A stretch of DNA of 64,000 nt from Candidatus Woesearchaeota archaeon. Its GTDB lineage: Archaea; Nanobdellota; Nanobdellia; Woesearchaeales; WJKR01. Both the position numbers and the translations under genes were made by a program. Below, one piece after another: positions 53,898-62,984 of the stretch (position 1 is its first letter; each line of letters starts with the position of its first letter). The notes beneath the pieces are model-generated. The model searched no databases, had not been told where the DNA came from, and saw nothing but the letters and a program-made list of their open reading frames with translations. Location of the stretch: NCBI GenBank assembly GCA_016927245.1, contig JAFGNA010000011.1, forward strand, positions 29,330 through 93,329, in the 5' to 3' direction.

Positions 53898-54161
53898 ATG
53901 CAGCACAAGCAGAAATCAAGGACGCTGGCGAGGAAGCAGGTCAAGACGCCCGGCGCGCGCGTCGTCACGCACTACGTCAGGCGCAAGCCCAAACAAGCCA
54001 CCTGCGCCCAGTGCGGCGCCAAGCTGAAGGGCGTGCCGCGAGGCAGGCCCGCGCAGATAAAGGCGACGCCGAAATCATCCCGCAGGCCTGAGCGCCCATA
54101 CGGCGGCGTCCTCTGCAGCGCGTGCACGCGTGCGAAGCTGAAAGGAGCTGCGAGACAATAA
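53898..54161 (+). CDS. rpl34e: Ribosomal protein eL34
   Basis: KTPGARVVTHYVRRKPKQATCAQCGAKLKGV...RPYGGVLCSACTR Zn-ribbon L34e signature. Confidence 0.9.
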   Translation: MQHKQKSRTLARKQVKTPGARVVTHYVRRKPKQATCAQCGAKLKGVPRGRPAQIKATPKSSRRPERPYGGVLCSACTRAKLKGAARQ

Positions 54162-54244
54162 GACACCGAGCAGCCTCTCCAGGTGCGGCCGGCGACGGGC
54201 ACCGATCCTTCTGGGAGGGAGGCTTATTCGGAGGTGAACCAACC

Positions 54245-54709
54245 ATGTTCGACATCGGAAGAGTGTGCGTGAAGATAGCAGGGAGGGACGCCGGCAAGCA
54301 ATGCGTCATCATCCAGAAATTGGACGGCGGCATGGTCGTCATCGACGGCCAGACCAGGAGGAGGAAGTGCAACGTGCGCCACCTCGAGCCAACAGATGCC
54401 ACGGTAGAACTAAAAGAGAACGCTCCGGCAGCAGAGGTCAAGAAGGCGTTCTCGAAGCTCAACATAGAGGTTCGAGAGACCAAGCCGAAGCAGGCGGGCG
54501 AGAAGCCGAGGAAGCAGAAGGCGAAGAAGATCCTTGCCGAGGAGAAGCAAGCCAAGAAGGAGCCCTCAAAGAAGCCTCGAGCGCCGAAGGCGGAGACGCC
54601 ACTGGCCGACGCTGATGAGGTCGCGAAGGAGCTCGCAGGAGGCAAGGCGTCAAGACCTACTGAGAAGGAGCAAGAACCATCCGCGGGCCCCGCGGAGAAG
54701 AAGCAATAA
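54245..54709 (+). CDS. rpl14e: Ribosomal protein eL14 (KOW) with Lys-rich C-terminal extension
   Basis: MFDIGRVCVKIAGRDAGKQCVIIQKLDGGMVVIDGQ KOW-like start. About 70 aa K/E/A/P-rich tail. ATG at 54245; the track ORF from 54122 over-extends. Confidence 0.85.
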   Translation: MFDIGRVCVKIAGRDAGKQCVIIQKLDGGMVVIDGQTRRRKCNVRHLEPTDATVELKENAPAAEVKKAFSKLNIEVRETKPKQAGEKPRKQKAKKILAEEKQAKKEPSKKPRAPKAETPLADADEVAKELAGGKASRPTEKEQEPSAGPAEKKQ

Positions 54710-54723
54710 CACTTTTTTTTCCC

Positions 54724-56424
54724 TTACAGCTTCACTTCCTTGTCCACCAATGAGAAGATGAGCGCGACGTCCAGCTCGAACGCCGCCGCCGGCATGCCCA
54801 GCTCGAACCCTTCGAGCACTTCAGGGCTTATTTCCCCGATGGAGCCGAGCTTCTCTCCCTTAATGGAGATGGTGCCTGCCCTCCCCGTGATGAAATGGCT
54901 TGACTCATGCGCGTGCACCTCTGCCTTGAACGACAACGCCTCGCACAACGAGTCCAGCACCTGCCGTATCTTCGTGTACTCTGCGTCCTCGCCGCACACC
55001 AAGACCGACAATCGCATCCCTTCACCCACCCCTGTCTCCTGCTCGTCGTCCTGCCAGAACACGTCGCCGAGCTCGAAGACGTTCTGCGGGTACTCATGAT
55101 GCTTGTTCCGTTGCAGGACGCGCAGCCCGGAAGGCAGCAGCAGTTTCCTGAGCGTGTCGTACTCCTTTGACGCAGCACCCGCCACCCGTACCAGGTCTTC
55201 ATCACCGTTCCTGAACAGCGCGGTCTGCTCTTCCTTGGCGGTGAGGTTGTAGTTCTTGATCTCTATGAGGCCGAGGCCTGAGAGTATCTCGCGCAGCTTC
55301 GCCTTGAACCCTTCGAGGGCGTCCTCCTCGCCCACCGTGGCGACGTCGGGAATGACTGATGCTATGTTCTCCATGCCGTGCGCGATGGCCAAGTCTTCGA
55401 CGAGGTCGATGGGGTGGATGATGTCCGTTCGGTAGGACGGGATGAGCGCGACGAGATCGTTGCCGTGGCTGCCTTCCTCGCACCCGATGCCCATCCTTCC
55501 CAGGAGTTTCCGCGTAGTGCCCTCATCAAGGTCGTAGCCCAAGTACTTGTTGACATAGCCGCGCTTAAAAGGCAATCTCCAAGGGGTCATCTGCGGGCTC
55601 TCGCGCAGACCGCCCAGCGCCTTGGGATACTCGATGCGCATCTCCTCGGCCTTGCCACCCATGTCGATCATGGCAGCGGTGATGATGCTGATGGCGCCGT
55701 GCACCACGTGCCAAGAGAACCCTGAACACTCGATGAACACGTCCCTCGTCTTCTCCGTTATCTTCCCTGTCTTCTCGGAGTTGATGATGGGCGGCATGCT
55801 CAGCACCTCTCCTTTCGCGTCCATGAAGACAGGGAACCGCTCCTCTCCTTCGAGGAGGCGCCCGTACTCCCTGCCTGCCGGGTGCTGCGACAGTATCTGG
55901 GGCCCGGTCAGCTCTTCTGATGATTCCAAGGGCTGGAACCTGATGTCTTCTGGCTTGCGCGCTGCGTACGTGATGGGCAGGGTGATGTGCTCCAACGGAT
56001 AGATGCCGATGGCGCACCGTTTCCTGTTCCTGCCGTACGTGACGTGCAATTTCTCTTGTACCTGGATGACGTCCTTGATGTGCTGGTCCGTGAATGTCAT
56101 GCCTTTGATGATGGCGCACGCCGTGTACGGCCTGACATCCTTCACGGACGGGTCGATGATGACTCGTGCGTCCTCACCGCCTTTTTTCACATGGTACTTC
56201 TTCAGGCCTGCTCGGTCGCCGACGAAGGCGGTGAAGGCTCGTTCGAAACCTTGCTGGCTGAGCAGGTCCGGCCTGTTAGGGAATATCTCGACGTCGATGT
56301 CGTCGCCGTCGATGCGCTCCAGGTCTGTCCCGAGGAATGCTATCCTGTCTCGCAGTTCCTCGTCTGTCAGTTTCTTTTTCAGCGCTGCCTGCAGGGCTTT
56401 CTTGGAGATGGTGATGGTGGGCAT
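54724..56424 (-). CDS. pheT: Phenylalanine--tRNA ligase beta subunit (archaeal type)
   Basis: 566 aa. B3/B4 and B5 domains plus the catalytic-like C-terminal module typical of archaeal PheT. Confidence 0.9.
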   Translation of the reverse strand: MPTITISKKALQAALKKKLTDEELRDRIAFLGTDLERIDGDDIDVEIFPNRPDLLSQQGFERAFTAFVGDRAGLKKYHVKKGGEDARVIIDPSVKDVRPYTACAIIKGMTFTDQHIKDVIQVQEKLHVTYGRNRKRCAIGIYPLEHITLPITYAARKPEDIRFQPLESSEELTGPQILSQHPAGREYGRLLEGEERFPVFMDAKGEVLSMPPIINSEKTGKITEKTRDVFIECSGFSWHVVHGAISIITAAMIDMGGKAEEMRIEYPKALGGLRESPQMTPWRLPFKRGYVNKYLGYDLDEGTTRKLLGRMGIGCEEGSHGNDLVALIPSYRTDIIHPIDLVEDLAIAHGMENIASVIPDVATVGEEDALEGFKAKLREILSGLGLIEIKNYNLTAKEEQTALFRNGDEDLVRVAGAASKEYDTLRKLLLPSGLRVLQRNKHHEYPQNVFELGDVFWQDDEQETGVGEGMRLSVLVCGEDAEYTKIRQVLDSLCEALSFKAEVHAHESSHFITGRAGTISIKGEKLGSIGEISPEVLEGFELGMPAAAFELDVALIFSLVDKEVKL

Positions 56425-56427
56425 GCT

Positions 56428-56772
56428 TTATTCGCACCTTTTCATGATGGTCTTCTCTCCATCGCTCTTTATTATCATCGTGTCCTCATCAGGGAATCTT
56501 ATCCGTGCAGTTCCGTTCGCGCTGCCCGGCGGCTGGTTTTCCATGATGACCGTTCTTCCTTTGAGGGTGTAGCTCCCTGTGGCGAAGTTTATCCTCGTGC
56601 TCCCGTTGAGCAAAGACCAGATGACTTCTCCTTGTTCGGTGAAGGTGATCGTTGTTCCTGATACGTTCCGTTGCTCGTCTTGCCAGCACCCTATGAGGTC
56701 TTCTTGTTGCGCGCCGCAACCGGCGGTGATGGCTCCTATCGCTATGATGCTCACTATTAAGAGTGCTTTCAT
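56428..56772 (-). CDS. Small lipoprotein, unknown
   Basis: MKALLIVSIIAIGAITAGC lipobox-type signal. 114 aa beta-rich. Confidence 0.45.
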   Translation of the reverse strand: MKALLIVSIIAIGAITAGCGAQQEDLIGCWQDEQRNVSGTTITFTEQGEVIWSLLNGSTRINFATGSYTLKGRTVIMENQPPGSANGTARIRFPDEDTMIIKSDGEKTIMKRCE

Positions 56773-57461
56773 CGTCTTTCCTCTTTTTTTCTCTGCTTCA
56801 TGTTCCTCTCACTCGCGGACTCGCGCTTCGCCGGCTTCTTCTTGACCTTAGGGTTCACTCGTAGCTTCCAGTTCTGATGCTTCTCGTGCTCGAGCATCTC
56901 GAGGTCGTGCGCGGTCTGTTGCTTGGTCTGGTTCTTGATGAGCTTCAGCAGCAGTTCGACCGCTTCTTCTGCTGAGTCCGCGCCGTAGATCTTCTGGGTC
57001 TTGCGGATGTCGAAGTACGTGTCGCTGATCTCTTTCGCCATGCCTCCTGAGGGGGTGACGCACACGGTCGGCTTGCTCTGCATGTACGCGTACGTCACCT
57101 CGTTCAGCGTTCCTGCGCCGCCGCCGACGGCGATGGCGCCGTCGCAGCTGTTCAGGTTGATGCTGTTCCTGCTCCACCCGATGCCGGTCGCGACGACGTA
57201 GTCCGCGTAGTCGTTCACGCGTGACTTGTCCTCCCAGGGGATGATGGCGAGGGTGGTGCCGCCGTACTTCTTCGCTCCTTTCATGGCCGCTTCCATGACG
57301 CCCAGCCCTCCTCCGGTGATGACGACGCAGTCCCTCTTCGCGAGCTCTTCTCCTGCTTTCTCGGCGTAGGCGTACGCCTTCTTGGTGCAGATGACCTTGC
57401 TGCTTCCCAGCACTGCTACCTGGATTTTTTTCATGGTCTCTTCCCTCATTCTTTTTTTCAC
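56769..57461 (-). CDS. LOG/TIGR00725-like Rossmann-fold protein (SLOG superfamily)
   Basis: KKIQVAVLGSS...VVITGGGLGVMEAAMKGA...TLAIIP...AIAVGGGAGTL pattern of the LOG / lysine-decarboxylase-like family. Lys-rich C-terminal tail. Confidence 0.55.
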   Translation of the reverse strand: MKKRMREETMKKIQVAVLGSSKVICTKKAYAYAEKAGEELAKRDCVVITGGGLGVMEAAMKGAKKYGGTTLAIIPWEDKSRVNDYADYVVATGIGWSRNSINLNSCDGAIAVGGGAGTLNEVTYAYMQSKPTVCVTPSGGMAKEISDTYFDIRKTQKIYGADSAEEAVELLLKLIKNQTKQQTAHDLEMLEHEKHQNWKLRVNPKVKKKPAKRESASERNMKQRKKEERR

Positions 57462-58987
57462 TTGATGAAGTTCTTCATCCTCCGTAGTTGCTTGAGATCG
57501 TTCTGGTAGAGCTCACGGATGTCTGTGATGCCGTAATGGGGCGCGATGATGCGCTCTAATCCCAGCCCCCAGGCGAGGACCGGTATCTCCTCTCCGATGA
57601 GCGTCTTGGTGACTTCTGGCCGGAAGATGCCTGCGCCGCCCATCTCGACCCATTCCTTCTTGGCAGGGTGCCATACTTCTGGTTCTACTGAGGGCTCGGT
57701 GTAGGGGAAGTGTCCTGGCCGCATCCTCACCTTCGGGAATCCCATTTTCTTGTAGAATTCCTCGAGGTAGCCTTTGAGGTGTCGGAGGTTTGCGTTAGGG
57801 TCGATGACGATGCCGTCGACCTGGTGGAACTCGAAGAGGTGTTTCCAGTCCAGCGATTCGTTCCGGTAGACCTTGCCGATGACGAAGTGTTTTGCGGGGA
57901 TGCCTGTTTCCTTGACGGTCCTGAGCGTCCTTGCTGACAGGACGGTGGTGTGCGTCCTGAGCACGTTGCGCAGCGCCACTTCCTCGTCGAATGGGGTGCG
58001 CCACCCTTTGCTTCCTGTGTCGCCGCCGTGCTCGTGCGCTGCCTTGACGCGTTCCCATGCTTCCTTGTCGGTCACCTTGCCTTTCATGGGGTGCTTGAGG
58101 TAGTAGGTGTCCTGCATCTCCCTTGCTGGGTGGTCTTGCGGGACGAAGAGCGCGTCGAGGTCCCAAAAAGCTGTCTGGACGTGCGTGCCGGTCATCTCTT
58201 TGAATCCCATGTCCAGCCAGATGCGCTTGGCGTACTGCGTGGCCTCGTTGATGAAGTGCTGTCTGCCCCTGTTGATGCGGGGCACGTTGATGCTGACGTC
58301 GTACGGCCTGAATCGCTTCTTCTTCCACGAGCCGGTCTCGAGCATCCTTGGCGTGAGCCGGTCGACTCCTCCTTCTGCGTCGATGCCTTCTCTGAGGAGG
58401 GCGGCTCCTGCTTTTGTAATCGTCGCTCTCACGGTCTTCTTGGTCTCGACTTTGATGATGTTCTTCCGTGTCTTGAGGCTGGTGAGGGCGAATAGCTCTT
58501 CTGGCTTGAGTTGCTTGGTGGGGATTGGGAATTCTTGTTGGAGGAATAGTTCTTCTAGGGAGGGTTTTTCCAGGAGCTTCTTGCCCGTGCCGTTGAGGGT
58601 GAGGGTGAGGTGGTTGTCTTCCTTGCTGATGTCGATGGCCGCCTTTTTTTTCAGGGAGCCGATGATGATGTCGATCTCTTCCGGGGCGATGCCTGCTTCG
58701 GTGAGGGCTGGGACGCTCTTGCTGCCGTCTTTGAGGAGTTCCAATGCCCTTCTTTCCGGCAGTCCTTGTTCCTTGTATCGGCGCCCGTTCGTGTCGAGGG
58801 TGACGAGTTCTTCCTTCTCTTCGTGGAGGGTGACGAGCTTTTTGTTGCTGAGCCATTGCAGGGCGCGCATGGTTTCTACTTCTTGGAGCTTGCTGGCTGC
58901 TGCCAGGTCGTGCAGCTCTGGGTGTTTCTCGACGAGGGGGAGTGTTTTTCGTTCGAGCGCGTGTAGGCTCTCGCCTAGGTTTCTCAT
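57458..58987 (-). CDS. pheS: Phenylalanine--tRNA ligase alpha subunit
   Basis: Class II aaRS motifs (FRPEVT..., GLGLERI). Archaeal-type N-terminal wH repeats. Start MRNLGES at 58987 with TATA GTATATATAAG about 29 nt upstream; the track ORF to 59263 over-extends. Confidence 0.9.
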   Translation of the reverse strand: MRNLGESLHALERKTLPLVEKHPELHDLAAASKLQEVETMRALQWLSNKKLVTLHEEKEELVTLDTNGRRYKEQGLPERRALELLKDGSKSVPALTEAGIAPEEIDIIIGSLKKKAAIDISKEDNHLTLTLNGTGKKLLEKPSLEELFLQQEFPIPTKQLKPEELFALTSLKTRKNIIKVETKKTVRATITKAGAALLREGIDAEGGVDRLTPRMLETGSWKKKRFRPYDVSINVPRINRGRQHFINEATQYAKRIWLDMGFKEMTGTHVQTAFWDLDALFVPQDHPAREMQDTYYLKHPMKGKVTDKEAWERVKAAHEHGGDTGSKGWRTPFDEEVALRNVLRTHTTVLSARTLRTVKETGIPAKHFVIGKVYRNESLDWKHLFEFHQVDGIVIDPNANLRHLKGYLEEFYKKMGFPKVRMRPGHFPYTEPSVEPEVWHPAKKEWVEMGGAGIFRPEVTKTLIGEEIPVLAWGLGLERIIAPHYGITDIRELYQNDLKQLRRMKNFIK

Positions 58988-59270
58988 GGGTGTTTGGGTG
59001 CTTGGTGGGCGTATATATAAGTGTTCCTTCTCAAAATTGTTTTCTATATGGCATATAATTTTTTTGTTCATAACCCCTTTCCGAACAAGACACCCACACG
59101 CATCAGAACACCAAGAAAGAAGCATCGATTCTCTGACGACTTCATCCCCGGAGAAGCCACCTGATGACGCCTCGCCCCGAGTAAACCCCAACAACCACCA
59201 ACGGGCTCCCAGCACGGGAGCGTACGGAAACTCAGGAAAAAGAGAACGAGCGGCTCGGCACAAGGAACGC

Positions 59271-60809
59271 TCACGAGCAGCCCACGCGCTGCCGGCTCAC
59301 CACGACGTTATCAAGGTACACATGGATAGGCGTCAAGCCGAAGTCGCCATCATAATAACCACCAAGCTTCAAGTAGTCAAGCTTGCCACCGTCCCCGACC
59401 ACCACTCCTGACTGATCATACACGCCTACGTCATCCACCCACAACCGCACCGCGCCGTTCGCCGCGCCGTCATCGTTCGCGAGCACCTCCTGCTCGATAC
59501 AGTACCAATGACCGTTATCCAACACCCTACTCGTCACCTGCTCAGAACCATCAACGACCAGAGACAGCCGACCCTTGGCATCATCGCCCTGCCACCTCCT
59601 GATAAGCAGCTCGACCCCCCAATCATTCTCCTCCCCGAACAGGAACAAGCTCAGCCCATCCACGGGGTGGATGAAGTCCTCCTCGAAATACACGTAGTAC
59701 CGGAGGAACAAGTCACGACTCTCGGCCAGCGCGGTGTCAGCGTACTGGTCCTTCTTCAAGGAAGTGCTGCCCGACATGTAAATCAAGTCGAGCCCGTACT
59801 GGCCGCTGTACGGCATGTCCTGATTCACTTTCGAATTAGGGTTGAGGTAGTCCCACGTGTTCGCCGTGCCGCTCTCGAAGCCATCATAGAAGATGACTTC
59901 AGGGGTGCCACAAGCCGCGTACTGGAACGTGTTATCGCAACAATACCCCTCATACCTGCTCGTGCCGCCGCACACACACCCCGTTCCCGGGATAGATCCC
60001 TCCCCGCACTGATCGCACTCCAAGTCCTGCCCATCGCAGTCCTGGTCCTTGCCATCACCACACACCTCCGTGGCCGCGGGATGGACCTTGCTGTCGCTGT
60101 CATCGCAATCGTTCGCGAGGAGGTAGCCGTCCAAGTCGAGGTCATCATCCCTCGTCGTCTCATCGCAATCATCATCGACGCCATTGTACGGCACCTCCGC
60201 CATCCCAGGATTGACGCTCGCATCGTCATCGTCGCAATCAAGCTCGGAGAAGATGCAGTCAACGCTGTTCGTCACGCCGTACAAGTCACCATCGCTGTCA
60301 GGACAAACCACCAGGGCCTCGCTCTCCAGGTCAACGCCCTGCACGTGCCAGTAGCCGCAATCAGCAGGCTCCTTGCACCCGCACCTCCACTCATCATCCA
60401 CGCCCTTGCACACCCACGCACCGATATAGAAATCATCCCCTTCCCGCAGCGTGAACGAGGCGTACTCTCCCTCTATCGTTATGGCCGCGCTGCCGCCCAA
60501 CCACTCATCCCCTGGGAGGACTGCTCGTCGCCAGCCGCCTGCAGTGTAGTAATAGAGATGGTGATAAATCATGCCGTTCGCCTCGGCGATAGCGACGTCC
60601 ACCTCGAATGATTCAGCATCTGATTGGCGGTGTGTGAGGGAGATGATCTTCTGCCCGGTGAACGCGTCATAGGGAGGAGCGAACTGATCAGTGTCCTCTG
60701 ACTGCAGCACCGCGTGTCCGGTCAGCGACGGCCCCGCCTCGATGAGGAAGAGGAGTGCCACGAACAGGAAGGCCCACTGCCAGTACAGGATCCGCGCAAC
60801 TCGTTGCAT
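59271..60809 (-). CDS. Secreted protein with MopE-type putative metal-binding Cys/Asp repeats and a C-terminal jelly-roll (lectin/lyase-like) domain
   Basis: Signal peptide MQRVARILYWQWAFLFVALLFLIEAG. Repeats CPDSDGDLYG..., DCDDSDSKVHPAATEVCGDGKDQDCDGQD match the C-x-D-x-D...C-D-G-x-D-x-D-C-D-G motif. Beta-rich C-terminal 200 aa. Confidence 0.6.
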   Translation of the reverse strand: MQRVARILYWQWAFLFVALLFLIEAGPSLTGHAVLQSEDTDQFAPPYDAFTGQKIISLTHRQSDAESFEVDVAIAEANGMIYHHLYYYTAGGWRRAVLPGDEWLGGSAAITIEGEYASFTLREGDDFYIGAWVCKGVDDEWRCGCKEPADCGYWHVQGVDLESEALVVCPDSDGDLYGVTNSVDCIFSELDCDDDDASVNPGMAEVPYNGVDDDCDETTRDDDLDLDGYLLANDCDDSDSKVHPAATEVCGDGKDQDCDGQDLECDQCGEGSIPGTGCVCGGTSRYEGYCCDNTFQYAACGTPEVIFYDGFESGTANTWDYLNPNSKVNQDMPYSGQYGLDLIYMSGSTSLKKDQYADTALAESRDLFLRYYVYFEEDFIHPVDGLSLFLFGEENDWGVELLIRRWQGDDAKGRLSLVVDGSEQVTSRVLDNGHWYCIEQEVLANDDGAANGAVRLWVDDVGVYDQSGVVVGDGGKLDYLKLGGYYDGDFGLTPIHVYLDNVVVSRQRVGCS

Positions 60810-60851
60810 GCTATGCTCCCCAGGACAGGAACGAGGAAAAAATAAGGGACG

Positions 60852-61661
60852 TCACTTGACCTTGACGGGCTTCATGCTCTTCCAGCCGAGCTCGAACAAT
60901 TGTTCCAGCGCCGCTGCGAAGAACGGCGTGTTGATCCAGATGCCGATGTCATACGTCGGGTGCACATCCTCGTCATCCATGACCATGAACACCAACTCCT
61001 TGCCGTCAACGACGACGAACCGGGCCTTGGTCAGCGTGTTACGCACCTCTGCCACGTCCTCGAGGTCCTTGGCCACGTCCTCGGTGTCCTTGTTCATCGG
61101 CGCGGCGATGCGTATCTTGACGCCGCGCTTCTTGAGCTGATCGAACACCGGCTTGAACCCCTCGACCTTGCGCAAGAATCCCTGACTGGTCGTCATGATG
61201 GTGACCGTCTCTTCAGCGTTCCTGATGGTGAGTTCAAGATGGTTGTACAAGTTGTGCCTGCCTCGAAGGCTGCCGGACAGGTCGCTCGGCTCCACGAGCT
61301 CGACGCCTTGCGTGTGCAGTGAGTTGAGCTCGCCGATGACATCCGTGCCCTTGAGCTCCTCCAGCTTCTTCACCTGTTCGTCAGCATCCTCCTTGACGTG
61401 CTTCTTCACACGCTCCAGGACCTCCTTCGGCGACACCGCGATGTACTTGATGGGCTTGCCGAGCTTCATGATGACGAAACCCTTCTTCTCCAATGATTCC
61501 AGGACGTCATAGGACCTGGACCGCGGCACATTCGCGATGTCAGAAAGCTCGCCCGCCGTGCTGACGCCTCGCGAGAGCAACGCAGTCCATATCTTGACCT
61601 CGTACAAGTTCAGCGAAAAATACCTACGCAGCTTGGTCAGAAACTCTTCTTTCACTATCAT
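60852..61661 (-). CDS. trmB: TrmB-family transcriptional regulator (paralog 2)
   Basis: About 65% identical to 33350-34153 over the full length (LNLYEVKIWTALLSRGVSTAGELSDIANVPRSRSYDVLESLEKKGF...). Confidence 0.85.
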   Translation of the reverse strand: MIVKEEFLTKLRRYFSLNLYEVKIWTALLSRGVSTAGELSDIANVPRSRSYDVLESLEKKGFVIMKLGKPIKYIAVSPKEVLERVKKHVKEDADEQVKKLEELKGTDVIGELNSLHTQGVELVEPSDLSGSLRGRHNLYNHLELTIRNAEETVTIMTTSQGFLRKVEGFKPVFDQLKKRGVKIRIAAPMNKDTEDVAKDLEDVAEVRNTLTKARFVVVDGKELVFMVMDDEDVHPTYDIGIWINTPFFAAALEQLFELGWKSMKPVKVK

Positions 61662-61826
61662 TGCTCACTACCCCCCACTCAAGGGACGTATTCACCCCTT
61701 TTTAATGCAGACTAGTTTCCACTACTATAAATATGTTACGATTTTTTTTCATCGTGCAATGGTATATCTCATTCGTCATAAGATAAAAGTGAAATCACGC
61801 GAGAAACCTTCCTGCTTTTGCAGACA

Positions 61827-62672
61827 TCATCGTGAGAGCTCGTAGAACTCCTCGTCACCGAAGACGAACCTGTCCCACCCAGCCCTTTTTTCCTTGAGGA
61901 AGCGCGTGAACCAGTTGTCCTCGTTGCCAGTCCTAAACGACCGGCCGCCGATGCTCCTCGTGGAGAAGCTGATGATAATCCTACGCACCCACTTGTTCCC
62001 CAGCAAGGCCTCGATGACCTTCTTGGACAGGTCCCGCTCCTGTGATTCCAGCGTGTCCACGAGCTTGAGCAGCAACGCGGTGTCGGCCCTTGTCCTCTTG
62101 AGCCGTTCCCTCGCCGCTTCTCGTGAGAGGTCGCAGACGTACGCCTCGCCGTCGATGCTCTGCTGCTCGAAGAACGACCGCACGAACGCCATGTCCTCCT
62201 CGCTGACATCGCAGCACGTGTACGCCGGCTTGCCAGGCAGCCACCGGTACGCGAGGGGGTTCATCCCGCACCCGATATCAAGGACGCGCCGCGGCGGGTC
62301 GCGCGCGAACAGCCGTCCGTATAACTCTCGGTAATGGTCCTGCCGCTCACCAGTGGACTTGTGGGTGTTGAGGAGCTGACCGATGATGCGCCGCTCCTCG
62401 TCAACGCCATGAGCCGCTCCCAGACGGACGAGGAGCTGCTCGCGCTTCTCATTGCTGGAATTCTGGAACACGCCATAGATCTCGCGCAGCTCCGCCCTGA
62501 CCTCCTTGACCGACCGGCGATACTCCCTCGACTTCTCATTGTAACCATTGTCCTCGAGTGCTTTTGCCGTCTTCTCGTGGCGGTCGAGATAGGCCTGCAC
62601 GTGCCTCTCGACGAATGCGTCCGGGAGCGATGAAAGCTCTTTCTTGTCCTTGACGCTCTCAGCGAGTTTCAT
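61827..62672 (-). CDS. Class I SAM-dependent methyltransferase of the FmrO / ArmA-Rmt family (16S rRNA m7G1405 MTase homolog)
   Basis: VLDIGCGMNPLAYRW (motif I). C-terminal ALLLKLVDTLESQERDL...IISFSTRSIGGRSFRTG closely parallels RmtB/ArmA ALIFKLLPLLEREQAG...AVSFPTRSLGGRGKGME. Start MKLAESV at 62672. Confidence 0.55.
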   Translation of the reverse strand: MKLAESVKDKKELSSLPDAFVERHVQAYLDRHEKTAKALEDNGYNEKSREYRRSVKEVRAELREIYGVFQNSSNEKREQLLVRLGAAHGVDEERRIIGQLLNTHKSTGERQDHYRELYGRLFARDPPRRVLDIGCGMNPLAYRWLPGKPAYTCCDVSEEDMAFVRSFFEQQSIDGEAYVCDLSREAARERLKRTRADTALLLKLVDTLESQERDLSKKVIEALLGNKWVRRIIISFSTRSIGGRSFRTGNEDNWFTRFLKEKRAGWDRFVFGDEEFYELSR

Positions 62673-62980
62673 GCGGCGACCATCGCCTTGAGTAGCCGTG
62701 GAAAGAATATGACGATGATGATGAGCACGAAGAACCCCCACAATGCCAAGGCCATCATGATGTCCGCTCGTTGCCGCGTGCGTTCCAAGCAGTACTCCAT
62801 CCTGTTAGCCTTTCCAAGCCCTGATATCATCAAGATGGTCGCTGCGGCGATGATGGAGAGGCCGACGATGATGAGCTTGCCAGCGGAGGGGTCGCCATAG
62901 ATGTCCATCATCAAAGGGACGAGTATGAGGGCGAGGATGCCGATGACCATGGTGGCCGTGACAAGCCTGTCTGCTCCCAT
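62669..62980 (-). CDS. Small membrane protein (3 TM), translationally coupled upstream of the MTase gene
   Basis: 103 aa hydrophobic. Stop overlaps the MTase ATG (ATGA). Confidence 0.4.
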   Translation of the reverse strand: MGADRLVTATMVIGILALILVPLMMDIYGDPSAGKLIIVGLSIIAAATILMISGLGKANRMEYCLERTRQRADIMMALALWGFFVLIIIVIFFPRLLKAMVAA

Positions 62981-62984
62981 ATGC

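Noticed and set aside
57795-58856. 353-aa Arg-rich ORF inside pheS
   Set aside because: Alternative frame of the PheRS alpha gene.
59271-59274. Window-wide search for rRNA genes, further tRNAs, SRP RNA or RNase P RNA
   Set aside because: Intergenic spacers are short and none showed rRNA or tRNA-like conserved blocks on manual inspection. Only tRNA-Ala could be folded. A covariance-model scan would be needed to be sure.
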